From assembly GCA_024679065.1 (NCBI GenBank), contig JAGIQG010000029.1, positions 19,158,001-19,222,000 on the forward strand: a DNA stretch of 64,000 bases, in the 5' to 3' direction. Below the pieces are notes generated by a model. The model made no database searches, was not told the origin of the DNA, and was given only the letters and a program-made list of their open reading frames with translations. Positions 24,451-37,517 of the stretch are shown here, piece by piece. The DNA is from Sphyrna mokarran. Taxonomy: Eukaryota. Within the stretch, counting starts at the first letter, position 1. Each line of letters opens with the position of its first letter. The translations under genes were made by a program, and so were the position numbers.

Positions 24451-25730
24451 CCTTAATACTTGTTAGATCAATTGAAACAGTAGCTAAAAAGATGTTCTTA
24501 CAATGTAGCAATTCTATTCTGAACTATCTTTAATCCATTGTTTTCTCATTAGATTGTTCAAAAAATAACCTGCACCAGGTAAGATTGTTCAAATGAGTTT
24601 GCTAATTAACAAAATTCCAACTAACAAAGAACTTGTTAAGGTTAAGCATTGTAGAAAGCATTAAAATAAGATAGATTATTATCCTTTCATGTAATAAAAA
24701 TGGACACTATTAAGTACAGGGGTATTATTATCCAATCTGTGGGATTTTAGTATGCTTGCAACAAAAGAATCCAATAGCTCATAACTTCAAATGCAATAAG
24801 CAGTTTAATGAATTCATGCAATTTCAACATTATTGTTTTTCTTCACTCAAGTGTTTACTTGCTGTAATTTGGATGTGCCAATACTAAACATATGAAAAGA
24901 AATACATTACTTTCCATGCTGCTCTCACCAGCTGCAAGTAGTCATTCTATTCTTTGTAACAGAATCCTGACAAAAGATGTTGTCTGCAAGATGTCATAAC
25001 TCAAACAATCAGTGACCTGACTGCTGATAGTTGAAGGTTTATGTTAAATTAATAAACTGACAAGAGTCCTCTCAATAAAAGAAGTTTGGGTTAACTGATA
25101 AGGGATCTGGACTACTATTGATCTTCACCATTTCCAGTGACCACAAATTTAACAATGGAGGTCTACCCAGTCAAGGATTCAGTCATCTCTCCACTGGATG
25201 CCACTTGTGAAACACTAGCACATTTTGCATGGAAGCAGTAGCTATAAAATTCTGAACTTCTTAAAATGCATTTATTGTTTCTCATAGCATCAGGTCTTTA
25301 TTTATTCAGACTAGAGGATTTCAAAAATAGCCAGATTTCCATCTGTCTGATAAATGTGTGGTGCCAATGCTGGCAAATTTGCACGATCAACTTCATTTAT
25401 TTATTTTTGGGAGTGAGATGGGGTGCTTATGGCAGTATATTGCTTGCTACTGCAGTTGCCAAACCGGTAAGTGGCTAAATTAGTAGTTTAAAGTGCAAAG
25501 TTCAATTATTTTTCTGGAGTATCAACAGAAGAAACATTCTTTGCCTTGCTACTTTCTTAATGGAAAATTAACATCGATTTCCAGATGTTGCAACTTCTAA
25601 CAAATGTTCTGAAGGCTTTACTTAGATTACAACAAAAAAAACTAAACGAGTCATAACTTGGCAGATGGCAGAAGCGAAGATGGTCAAGGTGGTCAAATGA
25701 ATGATGGAAAGTAAATTAAGGATAATATGC

Positions 25731-26000
25731 TAGTCATAAGTAGGCTTACATTAACACTGCAATGAAGTTACTGTGAAAATCCCCTAGTCACCACATTCCA
25801 GCACCTGTTCAGGTATAATGAAGGAGAATTTAGCATCTAACCAGCACATCTTTTGGACTGTGGGAGGAAACCGGAGCATCCAAAGAAAACCCACACAGAT
25901 GCAGGGAGAATGTGCAGACTCCATACAGACTATGACCCAAACCAGGAATCGAATCCAGGTTTCGGGAGCTGTGAGGCAGTAGTGCTAATTGTGCCACAAT
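25731..26000 (-). mobile_element. V-SINE, alternative tail
   Basis: taggcttacattaacactgcaatgaagttactgtgaaaatcccctag tail plus V core and head. Confidence 0.88.
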
Positions 26001-26598
26001 GGTCAAAGTGGCCAAATCAATGGGCAAGGATCCAGCCTCATGAGTCCCACACCCATTTTATCACATCAACATGAAAATGAGAAATATCCAGTGAAAAGCA
26101 AAACAGAGCTTTGTCTTAGCTGAATAACGGGTGGCAAACCACAGAAACTTTTCTACATATTTAATACAAAATATTCTGGAAACATTTAACAAGTCAGGCA
26201 ACATTTGTGGAGAGAGAAATAAAGCTAACAATTCAGGGCAATGATTTTTAATGGACATAGACCTCATAAAAGATAATTCACAAAAGCCATTTAACAATAC
26301 TGAATAAGTAGTAATTCTCAGAGCATAAAGCATCAAACAATAATGTATTGCTGCTTACTCCTGATTCCATCTAATTCACAATCAACATTTTCATCAGTGG
26401 TGGAAAACACACCGTTATATCTTAAAATAAATGGCACCTATGAGTGTGTGACCACATTAGCAATATTAGTACACAGTTAAGTTTCTGTTGCAGAAAACCT
26501 CAGCTGTACAATATTTTATAACTGTATGCATATACTAATGTGTACCTTTGGCTCCTAAGGCATCAGGGGCGATTCTCCCAGCCCACTGCGCTATTCTA

Positions 26599-27078
26599 GC
26601 ACAGTAAGAAATCTCACAACACCAGGTTAAAACCCAACAGGTTTATCTGGTAGCAAACACCACTAGCTCTTGGGGCTCTGCCCCCTTCATCAGGTGAGTG
26701 GGGAGTTCTGGGTTCAGGGTTCATGTCACACTATTTGTAACCCCCATGATTTGCCTGGGCTCGCAACATCTCACTTACTGTCCTGTCTGCCGAAAATATA
26801 CATCTCTTTAACCTATGCTTAATGCTATCTCCACTCACATTGTCCGCACCTTTAAGACTTGATTAGCTATAAAGGCTCACATTCTAATCAGTATTCTGTA
26901 AATTGAGTGTGTGCCTTTATATGCCCTATTTATAATCTGAACTCCCCACTGAACTGACGAAGGGGCAGAGCCTGAAAGCTGATGGCGTTTGCTACCAAAT
27001 AAACCTGTTGGACTTTAACCTGGTGTTGTGAGACATCTTACTGCATTTACCCCAGTCCAATGCTGGCATTTTCACATC
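26599..27078 (+). mobile_element. Penelope-like element 3' end with inverted partial pseudo-LTR
   Basis: GFMSHYL* (26717-26740) matches the PLE ORF C-terminus after GIY-YIG; arms 26599-26700 and 26950-27045 are inverted repeats; terminal ccccagtccaatgctggcattttcacatc. Confidence 0.82.
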
Positions 27079-27820
27079 TGTTGTGGCAGTGCAGTGGGCT
27101 GGGAAACATCAGTGGAAGTCATTTAGCGGATTCCCCACTGGGAGCTGCAACCTCCACACGTCTCTGAGGATGGGATTTCTGGCATTGTCAACACTGTGCT
27201 ACAAATCGGCAAGGAGCTGACTTACATCTGAAATGTTGATTTCCATCCAGTTAGTGGGCCCGCCGACTTCAGTCCACACACTCACAGCTTCCTCCATCTC
27301 CCTCCTATCCACCCACCATCCCTCCACCCACTTCCCCCCATCTCTCAACTAGGAGTGGTTCTCTCCAGCAGAGTTTACAACACTTCCCCACTAACAGGAA
27401 ATTGGCGATTGACCCCAATAGAATGGAGGGAGGACTTGAAGCCCCCCCTCCACGAGATTGGGGGAAAAAGGGGTGCACCATGGATATTGCCAGCCTGGCA
27501 GTGCTAGCCTGCCCCCCAGAACTGCTCAAGGGGCAAAGTAGGAATGCCCAAGGGGATAGGGCATTGTCAAAGGGGCAGGTCAGTGGGTGCATGGGTGGGA
27601 AGCGTCCTGCTGCTACTCCGCACTTGGGATCAGTGACAGGGGGAGATGGAGGTGATTGGGGCTGATCATCTGAATCGGAGTTGGCTGCCGGTGGGGGAAA
27701 GACTCTGGCTGCTGGGTGGGTCAGGGCTGAGCGGGGGGAGGATTTGGGGAGATTGAGGCTGGACGAGGAGGGTTGGGGGGAACATCGGGCCTTATCCAAA
27801 GATATCTGGAGTCCTGCAAT

Positions 27821-27865
<45 letters not shown>
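27821..27865 (+). repeat. poly-G run (45 nt)
   Basis: Counted directly; a 21-G run also occurs at 4059-4079. Confidence 0.95.
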
Positions 27866-27867
<2 letters not shown>

Positions 27868-30059
27868 GCGGTGGTGGTGAGGGGCTCACGCATGCAACAA
27901 TGCAGGGTCATGTGGCTGGCCATTGATCAAGCTGGCAGTGCAGGGAAACTGCACATGCACCGATCTCGGTACTGACAGATTGGCACATATACAGTGGTCC
28001 GCTCAGCACTATGCTGCTGGCCTCTCCAGCAGGGAATAGGCCATCCTTCCCAATTTTCAGCATGAATCTAGCTAAGGTAATCTGCTGTGTTCAGAATGTT
28101 GGAGATACATTTTGAAAATCCTGCCAAATACCAACATGATTTACTCCCATTTTTAAGTGAATTTGGCATGTACAATTTTTTTGGGAAAATCACCTCATCA
28201 TCTTGAGCACTTTTTGCCCATATAGCACTGGCTCTATTATGCACAGTGTGCCCACTGTATAGTGAAGGAAAAGTGAAAAGCATGGACCATTAAAACTATG
28301 ATCCTGTAATGTTCCTAAACCCTTTCAGCTGTTGTGGTTTGAGCAGTCACTACAATTTGATTAAATTAAATCCACTAGCCATCTATGAATTCAGATTTCT
28401 TGTTTGCTCGATTATTTGTGTATCTGATCCAAGTTGACACCGGAATTAAGTTTCTTTTTCTGTCTTTCAGCAATGATTGCCAAAACAGAAATAGTTTTTT
28501 CATTTTGTTAGCCTTGGTTGGATAAGAGCTGTAGGTAATCTCCGTTAAGTAAAACACTTTCCCTTAAATCTGAGAAGCAAAGATCGTCAGTGTCTGAAAC
28601 ACTGTGAGATATAGTCTCTTTAGATTTCATGTATTTGTCATCAAATAAACTGTGTTGAAATATTTTAGGGTCTAACAAACACTCCCCCAAGTGTTGAGAC
28701 TGTCAGACTAGTGAGAGTCATTGCCAACATTGAATAGCTTACTACTCATTGGCACATAAGTGGCTTAGGTTGAAGAAAAACTTGCTACCATTAGTAATGT
28801 GTTTATGATCCCTGCTTTGTTTTCTTTATAAAGATAAATGCATATTTCCCTTGACTTCTGCACTTTCTTGGCCCAGAGTAGAAATAAACCTAAACTTCTC
28901 TGGTCCTAATATTATGCAAAACTAATTATGTTGTGCCCTGTGACTGCAACCTACACTAATATGTGACACACAGGTTATTAATTCTATTGTATTCTGAGAT
29001 AATTTTATCTCTATCCTAATCTATGCCAGGTCTGTCATCAATCACTGCAAGAGGAAATATAAAAGCCCTATGGACAGTGAATGCAGTGATAAAAGTTGAT
29101 GAGATAGTCTCTGTGTTCAATGTTACTCTCCCCTCTCAATAAAATTAAGGCCTCTGTCCATGAAATGGTAATTTAACTCATCTATGTCATATTTTCAGTG
29201 GATGACAAATTGTAAAACCTGGTGCAGCCAATTACTGCTGGTTTTTAATTCCAAATAAACAGTAATTGCTATACAAAGTCAGAACAGCATAATTGTTGAC
29301 TTAATTGGGATCCCACAACACTATTCACAAGCCTTCCATAATTAGTTGCATTCAAAATACAGTTGTCATAACATAAGTGCGAAGTGCACTTAAACATATA
29401 TTTCATTTTATAAATCTTCACAGAAATTTTTAAACAATTCTGTTAATTACATACTGCAAATTGTATCTTAATTATAAATAGAAAGATTATTCCTGAATTT
29501 TAATTTACTTTTTTACATTCAACTGAGGTAAACTCACAGGCATGTAAACTAAATTGGCCTTTACAGCACTTTTTTATCAGATGCTTATGTAAGACTCGAA
29601 GATCAGGGCCATGATGTCTGCTCAAACCTCTGACAAAAGGGTGCCAGTTCAGTAAAACAATATATATGTATCAAACAGCTACCAGCAGCATGCAGAGTAG
29701 CGAGATAATGAGATAAATGAGTATAACAACATTACTTTGAATTCACTGCTGCCATTTTGCAACTCCACACTTCAGCCAGCACCCTAACATGCTTAACTTA
29801 AAGTCAAACAGTTGAACACAATGTTTTATGGAATGAAATATCATTCCCTCGGTCCCCCAAACACCCAACCCTCTCCTGCCCTAGCTCCTTTCCTCAACAT
29901 TATTGAAAGGGATCTGGAAGTATTTTCTCTTTGATTGCTGGATTATTCCTTCTGGCTGCTAATGCAACTGTACACATCTTTGGGGGTTTTCTATAATTAG
30001 CTGAAATTTAAATACACTCTAAGAAGTGTTAAGTCATTTGTGGTACAATATAAAATTGT

Positions 30060-31660
30060 GTGTTTTTAAACATGAGAAGTCCAGTAGGGCTTCAGTGTTT
30101 AAGATATCATCTCCATGACTAAAAAAGAACTTGGAATGGAAAGGAGAGGATCTAGTTGCTATGGTTCAAGTAGGAATCAATGACAAAGATAGAAGAGATG
30201 GAGTTTGAAGAACTGGGTTCAAAATTAATGAGCAGACCTCAAGTGTTACTACTTGCGTCATATGCAAATTATATTAAATGAGTGGCTCCAAGGATTTTGT
30301 AAGAGAAGGGATTTCAATTCATGAGACACAGACAGAAGTACTGGGGAAAGATGGAGCTGCTCTGCTGGAAGACAATTGTTACTAACCGTGAAACCCAGGG
30401 CAAGATCTGGGAACTAGGGTTCAAATCCCACCATAGCAGATGGTGAAATTTTCACTTTAAAAATGTCTAATGACTATGAAATAATAGTTGTTAAAAAAAC
30501 TCATCTGGTTCACTCATCAAAAGGGGGAAATCTGCTAGCCTTACCTAGTCTCACTAATATGCGACTCCAGATACTAAGCAAGCGTGATTAACTCATAAAT
30601 GTTCTCTAAAATGAAAGGTAGTTAGGGATGGGCAATAAATGTCAGTCAGCAAAGTCCACGTCCTGTAAATGAATTTTAAAACATAAATGGAGGCTGGGAT
30701 CAGCATCCTGACAAATTGCACAATAAAGGCTGTATGTAGAGCTTTAAACTAAAAAGGGGCAGGAATGGTGAAGGTGAAGATAAATTTAGAAATTTAGGAA
30801 GGCAACAGATCAGTTTAATGATTTGAATAAAGATAGGTAATGTTGAACAGGAAGGGTTAGAGAGCTAAATGATAAAAGTAAATCGATGCAAAAAATAGTG
30901 ATAAAAATATAATTAAAGGCTCTTTATCTGAAGGAATGAAGCATTTGTAATAAGATAGACAAACTAGCACCAATGGAGATAAATAATTTAGATCAAAGGG
31001 CTTTACTGAGACCTGAGTTGTAAGCTGACCAAAGTTGCAATATTCCAGGATGCACATTTCAAGGAGCTCAGCAGAATTTGAAAGGAAGAGGAGGAACTCT
31101 GATTATTGAGGATGATGTAAAGACAATAGTAAGAGAAGATCTTGGTCCAGAAGGTCAGGAAGTAGGAACAACATGTGTGGAGATTAAAAATAACATGCAC
31201 CAGAAAATGCAGGTAAGTGGTTGATAGACCTTCTAGCAGTTGTTCTATTATTGGACAGAACATGAAGCAAGAAATAATTGTTGCTTGTAAATGTCATAAT
31301 TGTGGGGGACTTTAATTCTCAATAGACTGTACAAATCAAATTAGCAAAGTTTGTAGAATGCTTTCACAAGAGTTTCCTGGAAGAATACATTGTGGTATCA
31401 AATAAGGATTATGCTATCTTCTATTTAGTATTGTGTAATCTCATAACAAAATATCCAACAGGAAAAGTAACCATAAGACAACTGAATTTCATGCTACATT
31501 TCAGGATAACATACTCTATTTCAGATCAGGAATCTTAAACTTAAACAAATCAATTACATACGTACAACAGGGGAGCTAATGATGGTTGATTGGGGAAATA
31601 GACTAAAAGGTATGGTGAACCACTTAAAGGAACAATTCAAAATATTCAACAAACATAAAT
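30060..31660 (+). mobile_element. old CR1 LINE 5' portion: ORF1 esterase (SGNH) and ORF2 APE remnants, interrupted by SINE-B
   Basis: VGIND, EFEELGSKL.SR, NEWLQ and YWG (ORF1 esterase); ALYLKE*SICNKIDKL and VGDFN (APE). Confidence 0.7.
30385..30682 (+). mobile_element. SINE-B (tRNA-like head + family-B LINE tail)
   Basis: B box gggttcaaatccc; core gaaatctgc...ccttacctagtc; tail tagggatgggcaataaatg...aatgaatt. Confidence 0.75.
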
Positions 31661-31719
31661 ATAGTTTTAAAAATTGCACTTAATGAAGGTTCTGCTAGTG
31701 AGAATGCTGTCTCTAACAC

Positions 31720-32100
31720 AAGACCAATTTACTCCAATGATCCCAAGACTTGAGGAGGGAAATGTGGAAGCATTTTTCATTTCATTTGAGAAGATTACAA
31801 AGCAAATGAAATAGTCAGCAGAAAGTTGGACTCTGCCAATGCAGAGGAGGTTAACAGACAATCTAAGCTATGCTATGAGATTTCAGCCAATTATGAAGTA
31901 ACTAAGAAGGAGCTCATGAGTTACTTCCTGAGGCTTATCATCAGAAATTCTGAACCCTCTGAAAGCATCCTGAATAAATGTACAATGAATTTGAAAGGAT
32001 CGAGCAACTCGCTTTTGACTAGTCAACTTAGTCACTTAAAATCAGACCATCAATGAAAACCCATGAGAGATAATTCACCTTGAGGAGTTCAAAAACTCAT
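31720..32100 (+). pseudogene. Gypsy (Gmr1-like) gag remnant
   Basis: IPRLEEGNVEAFFISFEKITKQMK*SAESW, ELLPEAYHQKF and EIIHLEEFKN match vertebrate Gypsy gag motifs (P.F.E.DVE.FF..FEK.A...WP...W; PEAYRQKFR; LEEFK). Confidence 0.72.
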
Positions 32101-32599
32101 TCCCTGGGCAGTATTTTCCAGCTGTGCTTGCCCCAACGCCAGAAATCCCTACTCAAGGTAAATGTCTACTCCAGCTACGATTTCCTTGGGGCATGTGGGG
32201 ATGGGATAATTCTGCCCCCTGTCTCTGTAAAGACCAATGTGGCAAAACAAAGGGTGCCCAATGTGAGACAACAGCCCATAAAAATGAACCCCTTATTTGT
32301 TTAAACTCAAGAAGGCTTTTCTGTCCGAGATATTTGTAACTAGTAGTTAACTACATAACATTTAAAGGCACATTTATCCTTTCAAAAATCAAAACAACAG
32401 ATAGAGTCAACTAGGAAATGAGATAAAGTGGGGAACTCCTTTCACCCTTTCTCACCTGGTCATTATTACAAGCTGTAGGAATTTTTACAAGTACATATTG
32501 TTGTGATCCTACAGACCACCAAAGTTTCTGTAAGGTCCAGTTAGGAACCAATAACATCTTACAGTAGACAAAATTTGAGATTCAAGATATTCTTTAAGG

Positions 32600-32770
32600 G
32601 TGATGGATATCTGGAACTCGCTGCTGGGAGCAGTGGTGGAAGCAGATACAATAGTGACTTTTAATGGACATCTTGACAAATACATGAATAGGATTGGAAT
32701 AGAGAAGGGGGTTTTAACTCAATCAAGCAGCATGGTCCTGTTCCTGTGTTGTAATTTTCTTTGTTCTTTG
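32600..32770 (+). mobile_element. short CR1 3' end
   Basis: WNSL...VVEADTIVTF..HLDKYM followed by cctgttcctgtgttgtaattttctttgttctttg. Confidence 0.8.
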
Positions 32771-34332
32771 AATAAGATTCCATGGGTTTTGAACAAACAA
32801 AAACAAAGGTAAAAAAAGTAAAACAATTTGCCACATCAATTCATACTCTTAACATACAGAGTGGAATTTTAAGCTCATGTTAGCCATCACACTAAATGGT
32901 GATGTCGGCTCAAAATCCCATGAATGTCAAAAAATTAGATGCTTGTTGGCAACACCTCTTTTCCCAATGTTTTACATCTTTCGCCCATGACACAACAAGG
33001 TTTCTGTCCAGAAAAGTTAGAAACTTAATTTAAATACATTAGCATCTAAGTTACGAACAATCCCACCAGGAATGCCACCCTCTTTGAATATACATTAGGT
33101 ACTATCATGACATCACACCAGCATTGTTTACAACAACTTCATAAAATTATGAAGGCATCCTTACCTCTGAAGAGGATATCGGAGGTGAGTGTGCAGGTCA
33201 CCAATGCTTACCAGGGTGTCGAATGGATAGAAAGCACCGGAAAGGACTAACCAGCTAAGTCATTCATGGGGTCTTGGCAGTGGTGCGGGGAGTATTTGCT
33301 ACTTTCAGGCTTTAGTGGGCCTTCATTATTGTGGACGTCTAGTTTGGCATTTGGTGTAGATTTTGTGCTTCTTGGATCTCCCTTGTTGTTGTCTAAGCAA
33401 TGTTTTCTTGGATGGTTTATCTTTTTAGAGTGGCAGCTTCAAGTTGTTGGCAGCAGGTAAATTCACATAGTTGGCACAGGAGGTGATTGAGAGGTCCCAG
33501 GGTAGGGCTCAATGCCAGCCTGCATGGGCAGTGTGGAGGACTCTGACATGGGATAGTAATATGCTCCTTGGAGCCAAAAGGTCACTGATGCAGAGGGGAA
33601 GTTGAGTGCAGTCACGTTAATCCTCCACCCTCAGGTTGCAATGAGCTATTTGGATGTGCAATGTCACTGGTCATGGAGTCCAGGCTTTCAGGGATGTAAT
33701 CATGGGAAGCTTGTTTGATCCACAATACATGAGAGCTGGGAAAATGAAGGTGAAGTCTCAGAATTAAGCTGACTGCAAATTGGAGTCTTGAAATGAATCA
33801 GATGAACTGTGCCAGCTACAGGGGAAGCCACTTCCCTAATCAGATCCCTGATGAGTCAATTATGCCCATTAACAGAGTATTGTAATGCATGATTTTGTCA
33901 CTGATTGGCACTCACTAGTTAATTCTTTGACACCTGAGCCCTCGAGTTGCCTCATCATGTGGTGCCTCATCATGTAACTTGCCATCCACAACCTCGGGCT
34001 TGACGTCATTCGTGGCCTCCAGGAGGAGCTGATGTGCAGTATGAGCACACTACTGCTTGCACAGCATTTTACATCAGCCTTACACCCCCAAACCCCACTG
34101 GGGACTGGAGCCCCAAAGTCAGAGCCACCTCACAGAAATGCTCTCTGCGCCCTTTGATATTGTAGGAATATTCTGTAGGCTGCTGCTGTTTTGGGCAGTT
34201 TCTCTTTAAGGGGCTGCCCTTTTTACTTTATCCCTTAATTTGTCTAACTTAGTTTAATTGTTCACTTTAAAAAAGTTGGGTCTTGAGTCCTCAAGCAATG
34301 AATTCTGTTCCTCATACATCTAATAGAGAGGT

Positions 34333-34552
34333 CATGATGTGGAGATGCCAGCATTGGACTGGGGTGGGCACAGCAAGAAGTCTCATAACACCAGGTTAAA
34401 GTCCAAAGTTTACTTCGAATCATAAGCTTTCGGAGTGCTGTTCCTTCATCAGGTGAGTGATCAGCATTCATCTGATGAAGGAGCAGAGCTCTGAAAGCTC
34501 ATAATTCCAATTAAACCTGTTGGATTTTAATCTGATGCTGTGAGATTTATTA
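34333..34552 (-). mobile_element. PLE-derived fold-back element with two hammerhead cores
   Basis: Terminus catgatgtggagatgccagcattggactgggg; inverted arms around 34460; 12-bp TSD taatagagaggt (34321-34332) / taattgagaggt (34553-34564). Confidence 0.82.
34468..34504 (+). ncRNA. minimal type I hammerhead ribozyme motif
   Basis: CUGAUGA-A-[GGAGC aga GCUCU]-GAAA-GCUC; conserved core, 5-bp stem II, palindromic AGCU stem III, NUH = CUC at 34498-34500. Confidence 0.65.
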
Positions 34553-36564
34553 TAATTGAGAGGTGACACAGATGTGTTTCATGGCAGGATTTCATGTCCC
34601 TGGGAAGTCAGCATACAGTTCAAGTCAAAGCACTCACATGCCCTCAGTCCTCACCCTTGGACTGAGCCACTAGGACTACATAAGGTAGATGCCCATCGGC
34701 CAGATATAGTTGGGAGAGGCTAGTGTGGGGACATGGCCACCATATGAGAGAAAAGGGAGTGATGCTCATTGGAAAGAGCTCACATAGGGAAACGTGCATA
34801 GGTGAATGGCCCATACCTTGACAGGGATATGGGTCATTGACAGAAATCCTCAATGCTCACATTTCTGTTTCCTTCCTTCCTTGAGACAATCATGGTAAAA
34901 ATGTTATCTTGTGTTGCCTACTCAATGACCTAAACAACAAGCTTCTATTTGAAATCAGCTCTGATGACCTGTTAAACTCTTCACAGAGGCTGACTGAACT
35001 GTGTATTTTGCTTTAGATAGATTTTCTATCATTTGCATTTTCCTTAGATTGAATAAGATAATGTATGTTGTGGTCCGACAGTAATGATATCAATACACAG
35101 CTGCTAATGGATACAACTATCCTCTTGCAGAGGATGGCAAGGCTCACTGAGTTATTGCAGACAGGGCCACACACGGAGGTGATATGGAGCAGACACCACC
35201 AGCCATAGGTGTACTGGAGGAAAGCATCATACCTTCAGATGAAATTTCTTCCTTCCATCAGCCTTCATTAGCTTAGCAAGTGTTTAAAATTCACTTCGAT
35301 GCTTTTGAAGGTTGAAATAATATTTAACCTCAAACGTAACTGTTTTTCTTAAAGTGCACACAATTTTTAAATTTAGATATGCAGGTCAGCTTTTCTGCTT
35401 CCATTATTAAGCTTGCATACCAAACACAGCTATGAATAATAAGATGCAAATGCACCACAACTATAGGAGCCCTATGACAATTATTAAGAAAAAAACCTTA
35501 GATCTTTGACTTTCAGAGATAATAGTAATATGTTCAACCAGGATCAAATTAACTGTAGTCAGTTCCAGTCAACTGAAGGTTCATGGCAGTCATGATTTTG
35601 TAAATAAATCATTTTGATTTCTGTGGGTCAGAAGGGTGAGGCTTTTGTCATGAAACCCATTGATCCTGGTGTCCTTGAATGCTGAATCAGAAGTCGGTGG
35701 AGGCTGCAACATTTAAGGTGCAGAATGTTCCAATGCTTTTTAGATTTGGTTCCTGCTTAGTAACAAGTATGGGACCATCAGAGTGTTTTGATAGATCATC
35801 CAATTAATTCAAGGATCAATGACAGCTCTACTTGAGGCAGTCAGTTTTAGAGGATCTACCAGCCAACATGTGCATAGAGACATAAACAGATAGAGCTTCC
35901 AGTGAAGTTAAATTACAGAAAGAGCTATGGGAAGCAGACTTTAAAGAAGGCTATTGGACCAAAGATATCCCTTTAGAGCAGTAGTATTCTGTCTGGCACG
36001 GCCATAAATCTGAAAGTGTGCTTGTAAGTGGTATTGAATGTACTTGGGAATCCAGGGAGAAGGAATTTTGGAAGGTGTAAATGAAACCTTGTAAGGTGGA
36101 TCATTGATAAAACCATTCAAGATCTTCAAAAGGTGAAGCTGGGAGTCCCTCATGAGTCAAAGATTCAACAAGATTGTTTGGATTTGGTCTTTACTGACAT
36201 CTGGCTGGGTTTTTGAGAAATTCATGGACTCTATTTTGATTCCATTTATCATTTTCTTTGAAGTGTGGTGTATTCGAGGACAGTTTGTCTACTAATTCAC
36301 ATATACCTCATGCTTATCCAGAATGTTAGAGTATATGATACATACTGTAAATTGTTTCATTTTTCTGAACTTGTGCAACAAAATTTGTTTTTCTTCATTC
36401 AAAACCCATGTGTTGAATTCCAACCGTTATCTACTTTAACAAAACATTATCGGACATTAACCTGATCTCCATCCATGTCCTGGGGTGCTGGGCATGGGTT
36501 ATAACACTTTATAAGAATAGCACAGATAGTGGAGATTAGTCAAGACAGCAGAAACATTGTTAAA

Positions 36565-36900
36565 ACAAGAAAGAACTTGCAATCACAAATGCACATTTTA
36601 TGACCTGAAATGGTTGCAAAACATTTGACATACATCTGCAATATAGAGAGACATAATACCTATATTATAGAAAGAAAGGTCCCATAAATGACAATGAGAT
36701 AAAGGACCAAATAATTTGTTTCTGTGATGTTGGCGAGATAACAATAAAGCAGCAAACAGGTCATGAGGGAGAAACAGTGACCCTCATATTGCTCAGATAG
36801 TTGAAAAGTTAATCTTTCCTTATTAAGTATCTGTTTAATAGGCTGGTGTATGCATGTTCTTTTTGTTTGAAACATCACACAAGATGAACTGGAACTGAGA
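36565..36900 (-). mobile_element. ancient Deu-domain-type SINE (SacSINE1/AmnSINE1-like), highly diverged
   Basis: aagaaagaacttgca (L2-type tail, reversed), caatgagataaaggaccaaataatttgtttctgtgatgttgg and gggagaaacagtgaccctc resemble recalled Deu-SINE blocks. Confidence 0.5.
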
Positions 36901-37517
36901 CTGATTGTACCCAATGGTTTTTACCATATTTGGTGTTCTGTATGTTTTAACCTATGTGGAACATAGCAGCTCATGAACTGAAACTATTAAAGCATTGATT
37001 GTTATTAACTCAGAGAGATTAAAATACATATATATCACTAGGACCAAGAAGGTAACTTTAAACTGAACCACAGACAGTAAAATGATAATTTTGAACTGGA
37101 TTCCTGTTTAACATTGGGCCTTCATTGGCAAATGGACTTGCCATAGTTTTCTGCAGGTGTACTTCTAGATCTGCACAAATCTGTCAGAAATTTTTCCGGA
37201 AGCAGGTAAGGTGGCCCCACATACCCACACTCCAACTGAGGCCATCAAATAACCAGTTAAAGGAGGAGGTGATGGCCTAGTGATATTATCACTTGACTAT
37301 TAATCCAGAAACTCAGCTAATGTTCTACTAGGGCCTGGGTTTGAGTCCCACCATGGCAGGTGGTGGAATTTGAATTCAATAAAAAGTATTGGAATTAAGA
37401 ATCTACTGATGAACATTAAACTATTGTTGATTGTCAGAAAACCTGTCTGGTTCATTAATGTCCTTTAATGAAAGAAATCTGCTGTCCTTTCTTAGTATGG
37501 CCTGCATGTGTTTCTGG

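Larger units (their letters stand above)
26566..28197. mobile_element. non-autonomous Harbinger-like DNA transposon with TIRs, containing a PLE insertion and a 45-G run
   Basis: TIRs ggggcgattctccca / tgggaaaatcacctc; the subterminal palindrome cccagcccactgcg...gcagtgggctggga is split by the PLE insertion. Confidence 0.7.

Noticed and set aside
25310-25466. Candidate exon ending ccg|gtaagt (also 49461-49527 ending aag|gtaagt)
   Set aside because: Consensus donors are expected by chance in 64 kb and the translations are unrecognisable; a non-coding exon cannot be excluded without RNA data.
27305-27926. Poly-Pro (194 aa) and poly-Gly ORFs
   Set aside because: Products of the 45-G run and GC-rich transposon interior; no domain or splice support.
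28375-28690. Two overlapping 60-aa minus-strand ORFs as a host exon
   Set aside because: No recognisable protein, in-frame stops at the ends and no convincing splice pair.
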